Positions 25,938-35,623 of a stretch of DNA of 35,998 nt are shown here, in pieces. The translations under genes were made by a program, and so were the position numbers. Position 1 is the stretch's first letter; each line of letters begins with the position of its first letter. The DNA comes from a virus. Its lineage: Duplodnaviria > Caudoviricetes. Below the pieces are notes generated by a model. The model was not told the origin of the DNA, ran no database searches, and saw nothing but the letters and a program-made list of their open reading frames with translations. The stretch covers positions 1 through 35,998 of IMG/VR virus record IMGVR_UViG_3300046820_000193, one strand, 5' to 3'.

Positions 25938-26312
25938 ATGATACATATAACAAAGGGAGCAGATCAAAATATAATTTTCACTGGCCTAGAACTGGCTACT
26001 TTATCTAATCCAAAATATTTATTCATTTTCACCAGTGCTAATGAGAAAATAGTTAAATTTGTAGGAACTAATATAAGCACAGATAATAGATTTCAAGAGG
26101 TAGTGGTAGCAAAGGCAAAGTTTAATAGAAGTGAGCCTGGCACATGGAGATATAAGATAAGAGAACAAGCAAGTGCTACAAATGTAGATGAGGCCCTAAG
26201 TGGAGGGATAGTAGAGGAAGGCTTTATGTATTTACATGAAGCTTGCACAGAGACACCAGTAGAGTATGCTGGAAATTGTAACGAATTTAAATCATATAAT
26301 TGTGAGCAGTAA
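25938..26312 (+). CDS. Hypothetical virion protein (possible head closure)
   Basis: 124-aa beta-rich ORF directly before the portal gene. Confidence 0.55.
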   Translation: MIHITKGADQNIIFTGLELATLSNPKYLFIFTSANEKIVKFVGTNISTDNRFQEVVVAKAKFNRSEPGTWRYKIREQASATNVDEALSGGIVEEGFMYLHEACTETPVEYAGNCNEFKSYNCEQ

Positions 26313-28290
26313 ATATCAATTTGTAAGAGTAGAATTTGACCAGGCAGAGCAGCCAGTTTTTGAAGAGAAAAAAGGCCGCAACTATATAGAGTTTGGTGCT
26401 AAGAATGACTACTCTAATTATCTTATTAGCTTGTATGGTGAATCACCAAAGCATGGCGCTATCATTAAAGGAAAGCTTAACTATATCTATGGTAAGGGTT
26501 TTGATGATGTGCCTAAAGCAGCTAATACTAAAGGTGAAAGCTGGAATCAGATCATGAAAAGATCAATACTTGATGATGAGCTACATGGTGGCTATTATCT
26601 TCAAGTGATCTGGAATGCATTAGGCAAGATCGCAGATGTATATCACATTGAGTTCCAGAAGGTAAGAGTAAGTAAAGATCAGACAACTTTTTATATTAAA
26701 GATGATTGGAGCAAATCAGACTTTAAAGAGAAGCCTAGAGAATATCCAGGATTTGATCCTAGCAATCCAAAAGGAGCGCAAATATTATTTGTAAAGCAAT
26801 ATAATCCAAAGAGTGATGTATATCCTTTGCCTTCATATTTCCAGGGTTTAAACTACATTGAGAGTGATATTCAAGTAAGCCGCCATATCTTAGGTAATGC
26901 TAAGAAAAACTTTGTAGCTACTAAGCTTATCAATTTTAACAATGGCTTACCTCAAGAAGAGGAGCAAGCTGAGGTAGAGATGGATCTAAAGCGTAAATTC
27001 GCTAACCATGATGGAGATAGAGTGGTAATTGCATTTAATCCTTCAAAAGAGAATGCAGTAGATATTGTGGATCTAGGTGATACGAATTTAACAAAAGAAG
27101 ATTTTACTAATATTAATAATTTGATTCAGCAAGAGATATTTGCTTGTCACCAGGTTACCTCTCCTACCTTATTTGGTATCAAAACTGAGGGCCAATTAGG
27201 TGCAAGAAATGAGATCAGAGATGCTTATCAAATATTCCAGAATACATATGTGAACGAGCGCCAGCAAGAGCATGAGAGAAACTTTAGCAATTTAATGAAT
27301 ATGGCTGGTATTGCTGGTGAGTGGAAAATAGTACCAGTAGAGCCTTTAAGCTTTGAATTTAGCGAGGCTATTATGTCTGCTAACATGACTAGAGATGAGA
27401 TCAGAGAAAAGCTAGGTTTGCAGCCAGAGAGCGCTGGTGTGCCAGTTAGCGGTGTGCCTCAAGCTACACCAATGGCAGAGGCTAATGATTCTATTAAGAA
27501 TTTGACTGGCAGACAATATCAAAATGTAATGCGTATAGTGCGCCAGTTTGGATCTGGAAAGATCAATAAGCAGCAAGCTAGCTTAATGCTAAAGAGTGGC
27601 TTTGGATTTAGTGATAATGATGTAAATACATTTTTAGGCATTGATGAAGATCCACAGACTGAGTTTGCAGCATTTGCAGCAGAGCAAGATGAGGTGCTAT
27701 TATCTGAGTTTGGAGCGTGTGGTGATAATGTAGAAGATTTTGAGGTAGTGAGTGCTCATGAGGCAAAAGATTTTCATTTTTTCGCTGATGCTGAGCTGGA
27801 TAAGTTAAAGGCAAATATCTTAGACTTAATAAGTAAAGATAAAAGGATCACACCAGAGGTACTGGCAAAAGTTTTGAATAGAGATTTAGAAGTGATAAAT
27901 ACTACTATATCTGCTTTACAAGCTGAGGGATATTTAAAAGTATTAGGTACAGAGTTAAGCATACTAAGTCCTAAATACAAACCTTTAGTAAGTGAATTAA
28001 CAAAGCCTTTGAGAAAGATCCCTGGTGGAGATAAGACTACTACTACAGAGGTTTTATTAAGATATACATATGCTGGTCCAGAAGATGATCGTAATAGACC
28101 ATTTTGCGCTAGGATGTTAAAGCTTGCTAAAACAAAGCTTTGGAGCAGAGCAGATATTGAGAATATCAGTGAGCGTTTAGGCTACTCTGTATGGGATCGT
28201 AGAGGTGGATGGTTTACTGAGCCAGATGGTACTCACAGACCTTACTGCCGCCATAGATGGGAAGTTAAAATAGTAACAAGAAAAAAGTAA
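26302..28290 (+). CDS. Portal protein with C-terminal wHTH-like and MuF-like extensions
   Basis: FG..NDY..YL..LY..SP.H.AII..K, YPLPSY, HQVTSP.LFGI...GQLG portal motifs. GTG 26302 is the probable start. Confidence 0.85.
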   Translation: MSSKYQFVRVEFDQAEQPVFEEKKGRNYIEFGAKNDYSNYLISLYGESPKHGAIIKGKLNYIYGKGFDDVPKAANTKGESWNQIMKRSILDDELHGGYYLQVIWNALGKIADVYHIEFQKVRVSKDQTTFYIKDDWSKSDFKEKPREYPGFDPSNPKGAQILFVKQYNPKSDVYPLPSYFQGLNYIESDIQVSRHILGNAKKNFVATKLINFNNGLPQEEEQAEVEMDLKRKFANHDGDRVVIAFNPSKENAVDIVDLGDTNLTKEDFTNINNLIQQEIFACHQVTSPTLFGIKTEGQLGARNEIRDAYQIFQNTYVNERQQEHERNFSNLMNMAGIAGEWKIVPVEPLSFEFSEAIMSANMTRDEIREKLGLQPESAGVPVSGVPQATPMAEANDSIKNLTGRQYQNVMRIVRQFGSGKINKQQASLMLKSGFGFSDNDVNTFLGIDEDPQTEFAAFAAEQDEVLLSEFGACGDNVEDFEVVSAHEAKDFHFFADAELDKLKANILDLISKDKRITPEVLAKVLNRDLEVINTTISALQAEGYLKVLGTELSILSPKYKPLVSELTKPLRKIPGGDKTTTTEVLLRYTYAGPEDDRNRPFCARMLKLAKTKLWSRADIENISERLGYSVWDRRGGWFTEPDGTHRPYCRHRWEVKIVTRKK

Positions 28291-28294
28291 TAAA

Positions 28295-28864
28295 ATGAGC
28301 TTAAACATAAACTTTATAAACGAAGAGTTTATAAAAAGTAGAACTGCGGTTAGCGTAGGTATTGATGGTAAGCAATTAAAGCCAGTGATTAAATTGGCCC
28401 AGGATAAGTACATCTTACCAGCGCTAGGATCTAATCTTTATAATAGACTGCAAGCTGGTGTAGAGAATGATGATTTAAATCTAAAAGAAATAGATTTGAT
28501 GAATAACTACATAGCAGATGCATTATTATGGTTTACTATGGGTGAACTTGTAACCATGACTAGCTTTCAGTTTTTTAGTAAGGGTGTATTTCAAAAGACT
28601 AGCGAGGAGAGTAATGCGCCATCAAAAGGACAGCTTGAATTATTAGAGCGTAGATATATCAGTAATGGTGAATTTTACAAGCAAAGATTAATAGACTTTT
28701 TAAGAGCAAATGAGCAAGATTACCCACAATATTTAAGCGGTGTAGCTGAGCTAGATACGATTGCTCCTCAAATGCAAGCTTATACATCTCCTATATTTTT
28801 AGGCCGTAAAGGTAAACGAATAGTATCCAATTATGATTACCCATGTGAAATCAAGAAGTTATAA
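28295..28864 (+). CDS. Putative head-tail adaptor
   Basis: FI.E..IK, AQDKYILPALGS.LY.RL, FY..RLIDFL motifs; follows the portal gene. Confidence 0.65.
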   Translation: MSLNINFINEEFIKSRTAVSVGIDGKQLKPVIKLAQDKYILPALGSNLYNRLQAGVENDDLNLKEIDLMNNYIADALLWFTMGELVTMTSFQFFSKGVFQKTSEESNAPSKGQLELLERRYISNGEFYKQRLIDFLRANEQDYPQYLSGVAELDTIAPQMQAYTSPIFLGRKGKRIVSNYDYPCEIKKL

Positions 28865-28899
28865 AAGAGAATTCTTAGACAAAGTAAAACAGAAATTTT

Positions 28900-29334
28900 A
28901 TGACTTACAATCAAGTAATAAAGGAGCTAAGGACATTGCTGGAATCGCATGCAATGATCAAAAGCGTAAAAAATGCGACACCCAGGGAGTGGCTATTCGT
29001 AGATGAGCAGCCAGTGTACCCAGTGTCATGCTTTGCGATCAATAGTGGATCACTAAATGTAGGTAGAGAGCAAGTGTATAGCGTGAGCTTATGGTTTTTA
29101 GATAAGGCTGGCATGGAGGCAGAGTTTGAGGCAGATGTGGCTAGTGATAGACTGCAAGTATGCGCTGATATTATCAGCAAGCTAAGAAACGGAGCGAATC
29201 CCTGGACCATTGATGATAACATCACATATAATCTAATCCTGGATAAATTTGAGGACTATTTAAGTGGTGTAGAGGTAACCTTTCAGATGACCACATATTC
29301 TGATTTTGATGCATGTGACATGCCTACTAACTAA
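28900..29334 (+). CDS. Putative tail terminator
   Basis: Acidic, 144 aa; YP, L.FLD, SD.LQVCADI, DKF.D...G. Confidence 0.6.
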   Translation: MTYNQVIKELRTLLESHAMIKSVKNATPREWLFVDEQPVYPVSCFAINSGSLNVGREQVYSVSLWFLDKAGMEAEFEADVASDRLQVCADIISKLRNGANPWTIDDNITYNLILDKFEDYLSGVEVTFQMTTYSDFDACDMPTN

Positions 29335-29352
29335 AAAATTATATATATTACT

Positions 29353-29724
29353 ATGAGCTGCAATTCAAATACAAGCGCTGATTTAAGACCAGCGCAATAT
29401 AACATAAAAATCTGGCGAAATGATAGCTGGATGCAAACATTTGCTCTTTTGGCAGATGATACTCCTATAAGCTTAACTGGATGTACTATAGTGGTACAAG
29501 TAAGGACCAGCGCAGATGCGCCTACTGCTGCTTTGACATTAAGCACTACTAGCGGAGGTGTAACTATTGGAGGTATTAATAGTAATCAGATTACATTGAA
29601 TAAGGTAGTAGATATAGCTGCTGGATCTTATGTATATGATATGAATGTAAGATTTCCAAGTAATGAGGTAAAGACTTATTTGTGGGGTACTTTTTTTGTT
29701 CAAGAAGATATAACTAAGCCGTAA
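29353..29724 (+). CDS. Tail-associated beta-sandwich protein (fibre adaptor-like)
   Basis: ISLTG...QVR, GSYVYD, VKTYLWG.F.V..D.T; abuts the fibre gene. Confidence 0.55.
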   Translation: MSCNSNTSADLRPAQYNIKIWRNDSWMQTFALLADDTPISLTGCTIVVQVRTSADAPTAALTLSTTSGGVTIGGINSNQITLNKVVDIAAGSYVYDMNVRFPSNEVKTYLWGTFFVQEDITKP

Positions 29725-32700
29725 TGGAAATAATAAATGTAGCTGATCAAATTATAGAGGTAAATGTCACTAATGACATTGTAAATATACAAGCTCAGAC
29801 TGGTGCTTACCCATTGCCTAATAATGTGTACTCAGTATTTGGTAGAGTAGGTAATGTGGTAGCTACAGAGGGAGATTATACATTAGATCAATTAAGCGGA
29901 GTAACTATTGCTAGTCCAGTAAGTGGGCAAGTATTAAAATATAACGGATCAGCGTGGGTAAATAGCACAGAAGATAATCCAGTAACTAGTGTTTTTGGTA
30001 GAACTGGTGTGGTAACTGCGCAGACTGGTGATTATAATACTGATCAAGTAGGTGAGGGATTGATTAATCAATACTACACTAATGCTAGATCAAGAGCAGC
30101 TATTAGTGAGAATATAACTGGTATGGAGTATTCTAGCGCTAGTGGTATTTTTAGCTTGACAAGTGGGTATGTTATTCCTACTCAAGCTATGCTAGATGCT
30201 AAAGTGCCTTATACTGGTGCTACTGGAAATGTTAATTTAGGTGAGCATCAAATAAGTGCTGGGCAAGTTACATTTGATCAGACACCTACTGGCGCTGCTG
30301 GTGTGGGTGTGATGAGATGGAATAATACAGATGGTACATTAGACCTAGGCTTAAAGGGTGGTAATGTTACCTTACAAGTAGGCCAGGAGATGGTAGCTAG
30401 GGTGGTGAATAAGACTGGTGCTGATTTATTAGAGGCTAATTATCAAGCGGTGAGAATATCATCTGCCCAGGGCCAAAGACTAGCAGTACAATTAGCTCAG
30501 GGAAATAATGATTTAAATAGCGTAGATACTATTGGTATAGTTACTGAGACTATAGCAAATAATCAAGAAGGTTTTATCACTATATTAGGACAAGTAAAAG
30601 AAATTAATACAACTGGATCTCTCCAGGGTGAAACATGGGTAGATGGAGATGTATTATATTTAAGTCCTAGCTTAGCTGGTGGTATTACAAATGTAAAGCC
30701 ATCTGCTCCTAATCATATGTTAGTGATAGGATATGTAGAGTATGCACATGCTCAGCATGGTAAAATTTATGTTAAGGTACAGAATGGATATGAGCTTGAG
30801 GAATTACATGATGTAGCGCCTTTGCCATACATTAATAAGGGAGTGTTATATAGAGATACTGCTACTAATTTATGGAAATCTGCTACCATTGATACTTTAT
30901 TAGGTTATACACCAGTGACAAGTGCTAGAACAATTAGCACTACTGCACCTTTAAATGGTGGCGGTGATTTGAGTGATAATAGAACATTATCTATTACACA
31001 ATCATCTACTATTACAAATGGATATTTAAGCAGTACAGATTTTAATACATTTAATAATAAGCAGTCTGCTTTGACATTTGGTAATTTATCAAGTGGTGAT
31101 ATGGATGTTAGCGGTGGCACTGCTGCCGTAATCGGATCTGGCACTAGCTTAACATTAAAAAATGTGAATCCAAATGTAGGTACTTTTGGATCATCTACTG
31201 CTATCCCAGTTATCTCTGTAAATGCTAAAGGCTTAGTTACAAGTGTGACTACAGATGCAGTATTTATTCCATCTGGTGCTTTGAGCTTTATAGGTGATGT
31301 AACTGGTACTGGTAATACTGGATCAGATACTACATTGACTTTAAAGAATGTGAATACTAATGTAGGATCATATGGTAATGGTACAAATGTGCCTACTATC
31401 GTAGTGAATGCAAAAGGATTAGTGACTGCTGCATCTCAGACTGCCATCCCTACTGCTGCAAGTGGTACTACTGGTTTACTTACAAGTACAGACTATAATA
31501 CATTTAAAGCTAAGCAAGATGCTCTTAATGGCACTGGCTTTGTTAAATCTACTGCTGGTGTGATCAGCTATGATACAAATACTTATTTAACTACGATCAG
31601 TGGCATAGCTGCTGGCGGTGAATTAAGTGGTACATATGCTAATCCTAGTTTGGTTAATAGCGCAGTGACTGGTAAGGTCCTAACTGGTTTAAATTTAAGC
31701 GGTGGTGGAACTATTGCAGATACTGATACTATTTTAGGCGCATTTGGTAAGGTGCAAAATCAGATCAGTGCTTTAGTAGGTGGAGTGATGTACCAGGGTA
31801 CATGGAATGCAAGTACTAATAGTCCTAGCATTACCTCTAGTGTAGGTACAAAAGGATATTATTATATCGTATCTGTAGCTGGTAGCACTAACATTAATGG
31901 TATCACAGATTGGAAAGTGGGTGACTGGATCATATTTAATGGATCTACCTGGGATAAAGTAGATAACACAGATGCAGTAAGTTCTGTGAATGGCTATACT
32001 GGTGCAGTGAGTTTAGTTACAAGTGATGTAGCAGAGAGCGGATCTTTATACTTTACAAATGCCAGAGCGATAGGATCTACATTAACTGGATATACTAGCG
32101 GTGCTGGTACGATCAGTTCAAGTGATAGCATCTTAACTGCAATACAAAAATTAAACGGAAATATAGGATCTTTAGTAACTGGTGTAAGCAGTGTATTTAG
32201 TAGAACTGGTGCAGTAACTGCGCAAAGTGGTGACTATAATACTGATCAAGTTACAGAGGGATCTACAAATTTATATTATACTGCTACAAGATTCAATACT
32301 GCATTTAGTGGTAAAAGCACTACTGATCTTGCAGAGGGTACAAATTTATATTATACACAAAGCAGATTTGATACTGCTTTTGGTAATAAGACTACTACTA
32401 ACTTAACAGAGGGTACAAACTTATACTATACAAGTGCAAGATTTGATACTGCATTTAGTGGTAAGACTACTACAAATTTAACAGAGGGTACAAATTTATA
32501 TTATACAGAGGCTAGAGTAAGTGCGAATACAGATGTAGCTGCAAATACTGCTGCTAGGCATGCTGCCGTAACTATTGGTACTGCTAATGGTTTGAGTTTA
32601 AGTACGCAGCAATTATCTCTAGGATTAGCTAGCTCATCTACTACTGGTGCTTTAAGTAGCACAGATTGGAGTACATTCAATGGTAAGCAAAATGCTATCA

Positions 32701-34298
32701 CATTGACTACTACTGGATCAAGTGGATCTGCTACATTTAGCGCTGGTACTTTAAATGTACCTACATATACTTTGAGTGGATTAGGTGGTGTGCCTACTAC
32801 TAGAACTTTGACTATTAATGGCACTGCATATGATTTAAGTGCAGATAGAAGCTGGACTATTACACCAAATGTAAATGCTACTAATACTCAAGACTATACT
32901 GCTACTGCTGGCCAGACTACATTTAGTGTAAGTGGTGGCTATACAATAGGTCAATTAGCCGTATTCTATAATGGCTCTAAATTAGCATCTAATGAGTTTA
33001 CTGCTACTAATGGCACTACATTTGTTTTAGCTACTGCTTGTCAAGCTAATGACATAGTACAAGCGGTGGTATCCGTAACTGGTGGTGGTATCGGTGGTAG
33101 TGGTACTACTAACTATATTTCTAAGTGGACTGCATCTGGTGTGTTAGGTAATAGCTTAATATTTGATAATGGAACTAATGTAGGTATTGGTACTGCAAGT
33201 CCTAATCAAGCATTATCTGTTCATAGTGCTGGTGATACAAGACTAGAGGCAGTTTCTACAAATAATACAAGTTCTGGTACATATTTTAGAGTATTGAATG
33301 GTGGCACATTGACTGGTAATGCAACAATGAGAGTTACAAATACTGGTACATTTGAGTTATATAATGGAGTTTTAGATGCATCTTTGAAATTATCAATAAC
33401 TTCTGCTGGTGCTGCTACATTTTCAAGTAGTGTAGATGCGACAATATTTAATTCTACATCTAATGCATTTAGACTTAATGGTAATAATGCATTATCATTA
33501 GTTACATTAAATAGTCAAAGCGTAGTTAAAATTAATGCTGCTGGTTTTTGGGGTGTGCAATTGGTAGGTGCAAATGATCAAGGTATAGTAATAAATAATA
33601 GTGGTAATGTCGGAATTGGCACAGCTAGTCCGACTAGAAAATTACATGTTTCTGCTGCTGTTAATGGTGTTTTTGATGGGATGCTTGTTGAAAATACAGC
33701 ATCTAATTGGTTTTCACTTTATCAATGCAAAACTGGTAGTAGCGGTATATGGCAATGGGGAGTTTGGACAGATAATAACTATAGATTGGGGATATCTGGT
33801 GTGGGGGATTTTCTAAGTGTTACAAGTGGAGGTTCAGTATGCATAAATTCTACATCTCCTTTAAATAGTAATGCAAAACTTAATATTAACGGAGAATTAT
33901 GGATGGGTAATGTTACTGCTGGTGCTGGTAATAGTACATTAAAATATAATTCTGGAACTGGTTTAGTAACATTTGATACATCTGCAAGAATCTTTAAAAA
34001 AGATATTGTTGATTTAGAATATGGTTTAGATAGTGTATTAAAAATGCAACCTAAAAAGTATAAGTGGAAATTAAATGACTATGAAGATTTAGGATTTATA
34101 GCTGATGAAATGTATGAAATAGTACCAGAGATTGTTGCTTTAGCAGATAATAAAGTAAATAATAATGGGTTAAATGATGGAGAACCATTATCTATAAATT
34201 ATGACAGATTAGTTCCAGTATTAGTAAAAGCTATACAAGAATTAAATACCAAATTACAAGACCAACAACAAACAATAAACTCACTTATTAATAGATAA
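29724..34298 (+). CDS. Long modular tail fibre with C-terminal peptidase S74 intramolecular chaperone
   Basis: G/S/T-rich repeats, NVGIGT.SP; TSARIFKKDI, GFIADEM, INYDRLVPVLVKAIQEL. Confidence 0.9.
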   Translation: MEIINVADQIIEVNVTNDIVNIQAQTGAYPLPNNVYSVFGRVGNVVATEGDYTLDQLSGVTIASPVSGQVLKYNGSAWVNSTEDNPVTSVFGRTGVVTAQTGDYNTDQVGEGLINQYYTNARSRAAISENITGMEYSSASGIFSLTSGYVIPTQAMLDAKVPYTGATGNVNLGEHQISAGQVTFDQTPTGAAGVGVMRWNNTDGTLDLGLKGGNVTLQVGQEMVARVVNKTGADLLEANYQAVRISSAQGQRLAVQLAQGNNDLNSVDTIGIVTETIANNQEGFITILGQVKEINTTGSLQGETWVDGDVLYLSPSLAGGITNVKPSAPNHMLVIGYVEYAHAQHGKIYVKVQNGYELEELHDVAPLPYINKGVLYRDTATNLWKSATIDTLLGYTPVTSARTISTTAPLNGGGDLSDNRTLSITQSSTITNGYLSSTDFNTFNNKQSALTFGNLSSGDMDVSGGTAAVIGSGTSLTLKNVNPNVGTFGSSTAIPVISVNAKGLVTSVTTDAVFIPSGALSFIGDVTGTGNTGSDTTLTLKNVNTNVGSYGNGTNVPTIVVNAKGLVTAASQTAIPTAASGTTGLLTSTDYNTFKAKQDALNGTGFVKSTAGVISYDTNTYLTTISGIAAGGELSGTYANPSLVNSAVTGKVLTGLNLSGGGTIADTDTILGAFGKVQNQISALVGGVMYQGTWNASTNSPSITSSVGTKGYYYIVSVAGSTNINGITDWKVGDWIIFNGSTWDKVDNTDAVSSVNGYTGAVSLVTSDVAESGSLYFTNARAIGSTLTGYTSGAGTISSSDSILTAIQKLNGNIGSLVTGVSSVFSRTGAVTAQSGDYNTDQVTEGSTNLYYTATRFNTAFSGKSTTDLAEGTNLYYTQSRFDTAFGNKTTTNLTEGTNLYYTSARFDTAFSGKTTTNLTEGTNLYYTEARVSANTDVAANTAARHAAVTIGTANGLSLSTQQLSLGLASSSTTGALSSTDWSTFNGKQNAITLTTTGSSGSATFSAGTLNVPTYTLSGLGGVPTTRTLTINGTAYDLSADRSWTITPNVNATNTQDYTATAGQTTFSVSGGYTIGQLAVFYNGSKLASNEFTATNGTTFVLATACQANDIVQAVVSVTGGGIGGSGTTNYISKWTASGVLGNSLIFDNGTNVGIGTASPNQALSVHSAGDTRLEAVSTNNTSSGTYFRVLNGGTLTGNATMRVTNTGTFELYNGVLDASLKLSITSAGAATFSSSVDATIFNSTSNAFRLNGNNALSLVTLNSQSVVKINAAGFWGVQLVGANDQGIVINNSGNVGIGTASPTRKLHVSAAVNGVFDGMLVENTASNWFSLYQCKTGSSGIWQWGVWTDNNYRLGISGVGDFLSVTSGGSVCINSTSPLNSNAKLNINGELWMGNVTAGAGNSTLKYNSGTGLVTFDTSARIFKKDIVDLEYGLDSVLKMQPKKYKWKLNDYEDLGFIADEMYEIVPEIVALADNKVNNNGLNDGEPLSINYDRLVPVLVKAIQELNTKLQDQQQTINSLINR
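32238..32520 (+). repeat. ~75-nt (25-aa) tandem repeat x4 in the tail fibre
   Basis: T..L.EGTNLYYT..RF.TAF..K, with CAGAGGG cores at about 32255, 32332, 32407, 32482. Confidence 0.9.
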
Positions 34299-34303
34299 AG
34301 AAT

Positions 34304-35623
34304 ATGGGTAATACTTTTAAGACCGGAAATTATGTAAATGGTATTTTTCAAGACGCATCTAATAACATAGGTATAGGTGGCTCTCCTTCTGGTAGCTATA
34401 AGTTTGAAGTTACTGGAGCATCAAGAATTTGGGATGGCACACAAGGTTTTAACATTCGTGCTTTTACGGCTGGTGCTGGATATGGAGCAATCTATTCTAC
34501 TCAAGTAACTCCAAGTAATACAAACTTTGCTTTAGTATCAAATGGTGCATCAACATATCTTAATGCGACCAATGATGCTGGTATAAGTATTGATAATGGG
34601 ACAAAAGGGATATTTTTAGTTTCTACTGGTAGAGTAGGAATTGGTACAACGACTCCAGCTGAATTAGTTGAAGTATCTGCTCCAGCGGTTGCTGGAACAT
34701 CACAACAAGCAAGATTAAGAATAACACAAGCTGGAAGCATCAGTGCAAGAGCAAATTTGGTTTCTGGTGTTATATCTGGAGAAAACCCATACTTTGCTAT
34801 TGAAACAAGACAATCTGCATCTCCTTTTGCTATTGTTGAAAGATTAAGAATAGATGGTAATGGTAATGTAGGAATTGGTACAAGTAGTCCAGATAGATTA
34901 TTACAAATAAGCAGAACATCTGGTCAAGCAGTATTTAGCATTATTGCAGCAGACAATGATTCTGCTGATATATTCTTTGGAGATACAAATAATAATGCTG
35001 AAGCAGTTATCAGATTTATTAATGGTACTAACTCATTAGGTTTCCTAAATGGGGGTACCGAAAGAATGCGTATTACAAGTGGGGGTAATTTATTAATAGG
35101 AACTACTACAGACCCTGGGTTTAAAATGCATATAAATGGTGGTTCTAATGGGTTTTATTTAAGGGGTGGTACAAGTTCAAGTAATAGTGCATTAATTGTA
35201 AATAGTTCAGATGATTCTACTACTTATTTTAGAGTAAGAGGTGATGGATATTTACAATCATTAACAACTTATAATAATACTACTGCAAGTGGTGCGAATG
35301 TTGCAATTTCATCAAGTGGATATTTTGAGCGTTCTACATCTTCAATTAAGTATAAGAAAGATGTAAAAGATTACGATAAAGGATTAGCAGAGGTTATGCA
35401 AATGCGACCAGTTTACTATAAAGGTAAAGGTGAAAATGATGGAGATAAGCAATTTGCTGGATTAATAGCAGAGGAGATAGATGCATTAGGTTTAAATGAA
35501 TTTGTGCAATACGCAGATGATGAGACACCAGATGCACTTTATTACGCAAATATGGTAGCATTATTAACCAAATCAATCCAAGAACTTTCTGCTAAAGTAT
35601 CAGCATTAGAGAATAAATCATAA
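34304..35623 (+). CDS. Second tail fibre/spike with S74 chaperone
   Basis: Several GIGT.. modules; TSSIKYKKDV, GLIAEEI, LYY...VALLTKSIQEL. Confidence 0.88.
   Translation: MGNTFKTGNYVNGIFQDASNNIGIGGSPSGSYKFEVTGASRIWDGTQGFNIRAFTAGAGYGAIYSTQVTPSNTNFALVSNGASTYLNATNDAGISIDNGTKGIFLVSTGRVGIGTTTPAELVEVSAPAVAGTSQQARLRITQAGSISARANLVSGVISGENPYFAIETRQSASPFAIVERLRIDGNGNVGIGTSSPDRLLQISRTSGQAVFSIIAADNDSADIFFGDTNNNAEAVIRFINGTNSLGFLNGGTERMRITSGGNLLIGTTTDPGFKMHINGGSNGFYLRGGTSSSNSALIVNSSDDSTTYFRVRGDGYLQSLTTYNNTTASGANVAISSSGYFERSTSSIKYKKDVKDYDKGLAEVMQMRPVYYKGKGENDGDKQFAGLIAEEIDALGLNEFVQYADDETPDALYYANMVALLTKSIQELSAKVSALENKS

Noticed and set aside
41-35576. Short antisense or nested ORFs in the track (e.g. 41-271, 2335-2734, 11408-11719, 14282-14629, 21769-22158, 32501-32824)
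   Set aside because: They are shadows of well-supported genes on the other strand or frame and carry no recognisable motifs.
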